Positions 23,871-25,095 of a DNA stretch of 25,095 bases are shown here, one piece after another. The stretch is taken from contig JAEUSE010000001.1 in NCBI GenBank assembly GCA_016788805.1, forward strand, positions 1 to 25,095, in the 5' to 3' direction. The position numbers were made by a program, and so were the translations under genes. Source of the DNA: Candidatus Doudnabacteria bacterium. GTDB lineage: Bacteria > Patescibacteriota > Doudnabacteria > UBA920. Position 1 is the first letter of the stretch. Every line of letters begins with the position of its first letter. The notes under the pieces were generated by a model. The model did no database searches. It was not told where the DNA came from and saw only the letters and a list, made by a program, of their open reading frames with translations.

Positions 23871-24956
23871 ATGAAAGTTTTATACGTCACTCGCAAGTTT
23901 CCGCCTACCGTTGGTGGGATGGAAACTGCTGCTTACGAAATGCATGCCGCCCTGAAGAGTATGGCAGATACCCGACTTATCAAATATGGCGGTGCCAATA
24001 AGTATTTGCCTCTTGTGTACCCTATATTATTCCTGCGAGCGTTGTTTGCCGGCTGGATATTTCGTCCAGATGTGATCTATCTACAAGATGGCATGCTTGC
24101 CCCGATGGGGATTGCGCTGCGAGCGCTGGTGCGTCGGCCATGCGTCATGTCAGTGCATGGGCTGGATGTGACATTTCGTAATCCGACCTACCAGAAAGTG
24201 ATGAAGTTTTGCTTCCCCAAGATAGACTGCATCGTAGCAGGGAGTATGCAGACCGAAAAAGAAGTCAGACTGCGCTATCCCGATCTTGAGCCGCACCGCG
24301 TCGTATATGGCGTACGCGACTCATTTTATAAGAACGAGGACAGGGATGTATTGCGCAGCAACCTTTGCAAAGAGCTTGCTTTGTCAGAGGCTGTGATCGT
24401 GGATAAAAAACTTATAGTAACCACAGGTCGCTTGGTAAAACGAAAAGGCGTGAACTGGTTTGTCCGAGAAGCCGTGCCCATGTTAGCGGCCAATCAAGAG
24501 GATTTCGTATACATGGTCGCTGGCAATGGTCCGGACAAAGAACATATACAGGATGCTATCGACCAAAATAATTTACACAGTAAAGTGCTGCTTCTGGGGT
24601 ATATATCTGACACTGCGCGCGATTTGCTTTACAATACTGCAAATATCTTTCTCATGCCAAACATCGCCGTACCGGGTGACATGGAAGGCTTTGGGCTGGT
24701 TGCCTTAGAGGCAGCTTCGTGCGGGACGCCAGTATTTGCCGCAGGCATAGAGGGTATCGTCGATGCGGTAGCGGACGGCAAAACAGGCAGGCTTCTACAA
24801 AGTGAAAAACCGGAAGCTTTTATCGCGGCAATCACTAGTGAATTACACAAATCGGCTTTCGATCGGGAAAAAGTACGACAGTATGTGCTCGATAATTTTT
24901 CATGGGAGCGCACGGCGACGGGCTACCTGAAGATTTTCGAATCACTTTGCAAGTAA
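23871..24956 (+). CDS. Glycosyltransferase family 4
   Basis: FPPTVGGME, TGRLVKRKG and MEGFGLVALEAASCG (EX7E) motifs. Confidence 0.88.
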   Translation: MKVLYVTRKFPPTVGGMETAAYEMHAALKSMADTRLIKYGGANKYLPLVYPILFLRALFAGWIFRPDVIYLQDGMLAPMGIALRALVRRPCVMSVHGLDVTFRNPTYQKVMKFCFPKIDCIVAGSMQTEKEVRLRYPDLEPHRVVYGVRDSFYKNEDRDVLRSNLCKELALSEAVIVDKKLIVTTGRLVKRKGVNWFVREAVPMLAANQEDFVYMVAGNGPDKEHIQDAIDQNNLHSKVLLLGYISDTARDLLYNTANIFLMPNIAVPGDMEGFGLVALEAASCGTPVFAAGIEGIVDAVADGKTGRLLQSEKPEAFIAAITSELHKSAFDREKVRQYVLDNFSWERTATGYLKIFESLCK

Positions 24957-24957
24957 G

Positions 24958-25095
24958 CTATTCGACGGTCACAGATTTAGCCAGGTTGCGGGGCCGGTCG
25001 ACGTTGAGGTCTTTGGCGACGGCAATGTGGTAGGAAAAGAGTTGCATGACTATGGCGACGAGCAATGGCGAAGTTTGTTCCATTGTTTCTGGTAT
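24958..25095 (-). CDS. glmS: Glutamine-fructose-6-phosphate transaminase, 3' end only
   Basis: Minus strand translates to IPETMEQTSPLLVAIVMQLFSYHIAVAKDLNVDRPRNLAKSVTVE-stop, the conserved GlmS C-terminus. Not in the ORF track. Confidence 0.95.
   Translation of the reverse strand: MPETMEQTSPLLVAIVMQLFSYHIAVAKDLNVDRPRNLAKSVTVE

Noticed and set aside
1660-24913. The many 60-136 aa ORFs overlapping the long genes on other frames or strands
   Set aside because: All lie within or antisense to well-supported genes and show no motifs or initiation signals.

Overview
A 25 kb cell-surface glycan locus, most likely from a Patescibacteria/Saccharimonadia (TM7)-type bacterium. That taxonomy is inferred from the protein families and gene style, not proven. 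The window has five parts. (1) Two back-to-back insertion sequences at the left edge: the 5' part of an IS66-family transposase (minus strand, absent from the ORF track) and an IS481-family element with inverted repeats, whose transposase is interrupted by one in-frame TAG. (2) An ABC-transporter-dependent polysaccharide system: Rmd-like SDR, GT4, Wzm, Wzt with a C-terminal carbohydrate-binding domain, an FkbM methyltransferase with a coiled coil, and a tandem GT4-GT4 protein. This parallels the WbdD/WbdA cap-and-ruler logic of E. coli O8/O9a. (3) A secreted lysozyme-like protein with two tandem Ig-like repeats and a membrane-anchored partner. (4) A compact module with two GtrC-like GT-C proteins, a HAD phosphatase, a UPF0104/LPG-synthase-TM-kinase fusion, a GtrA flippase, a nucleotidyltransferase and a polyprenol-phosphate GT2. 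It looks like a transmembrane decoration system that makes its own activated donor. (5) DUF218, manC, a eukaryote-type HAD phosphomannomutase, a GT4 and the 3' end of glmS. Most transcription-unit heads carry a (TGn)TAnnnT box 6-10 nt before the start codon, suggesting leaderless or very short-leader mRNAs. No rRNA, tRNA or CRISPR array was seen. All family calls come from motif recognition by eye; no database search was run.
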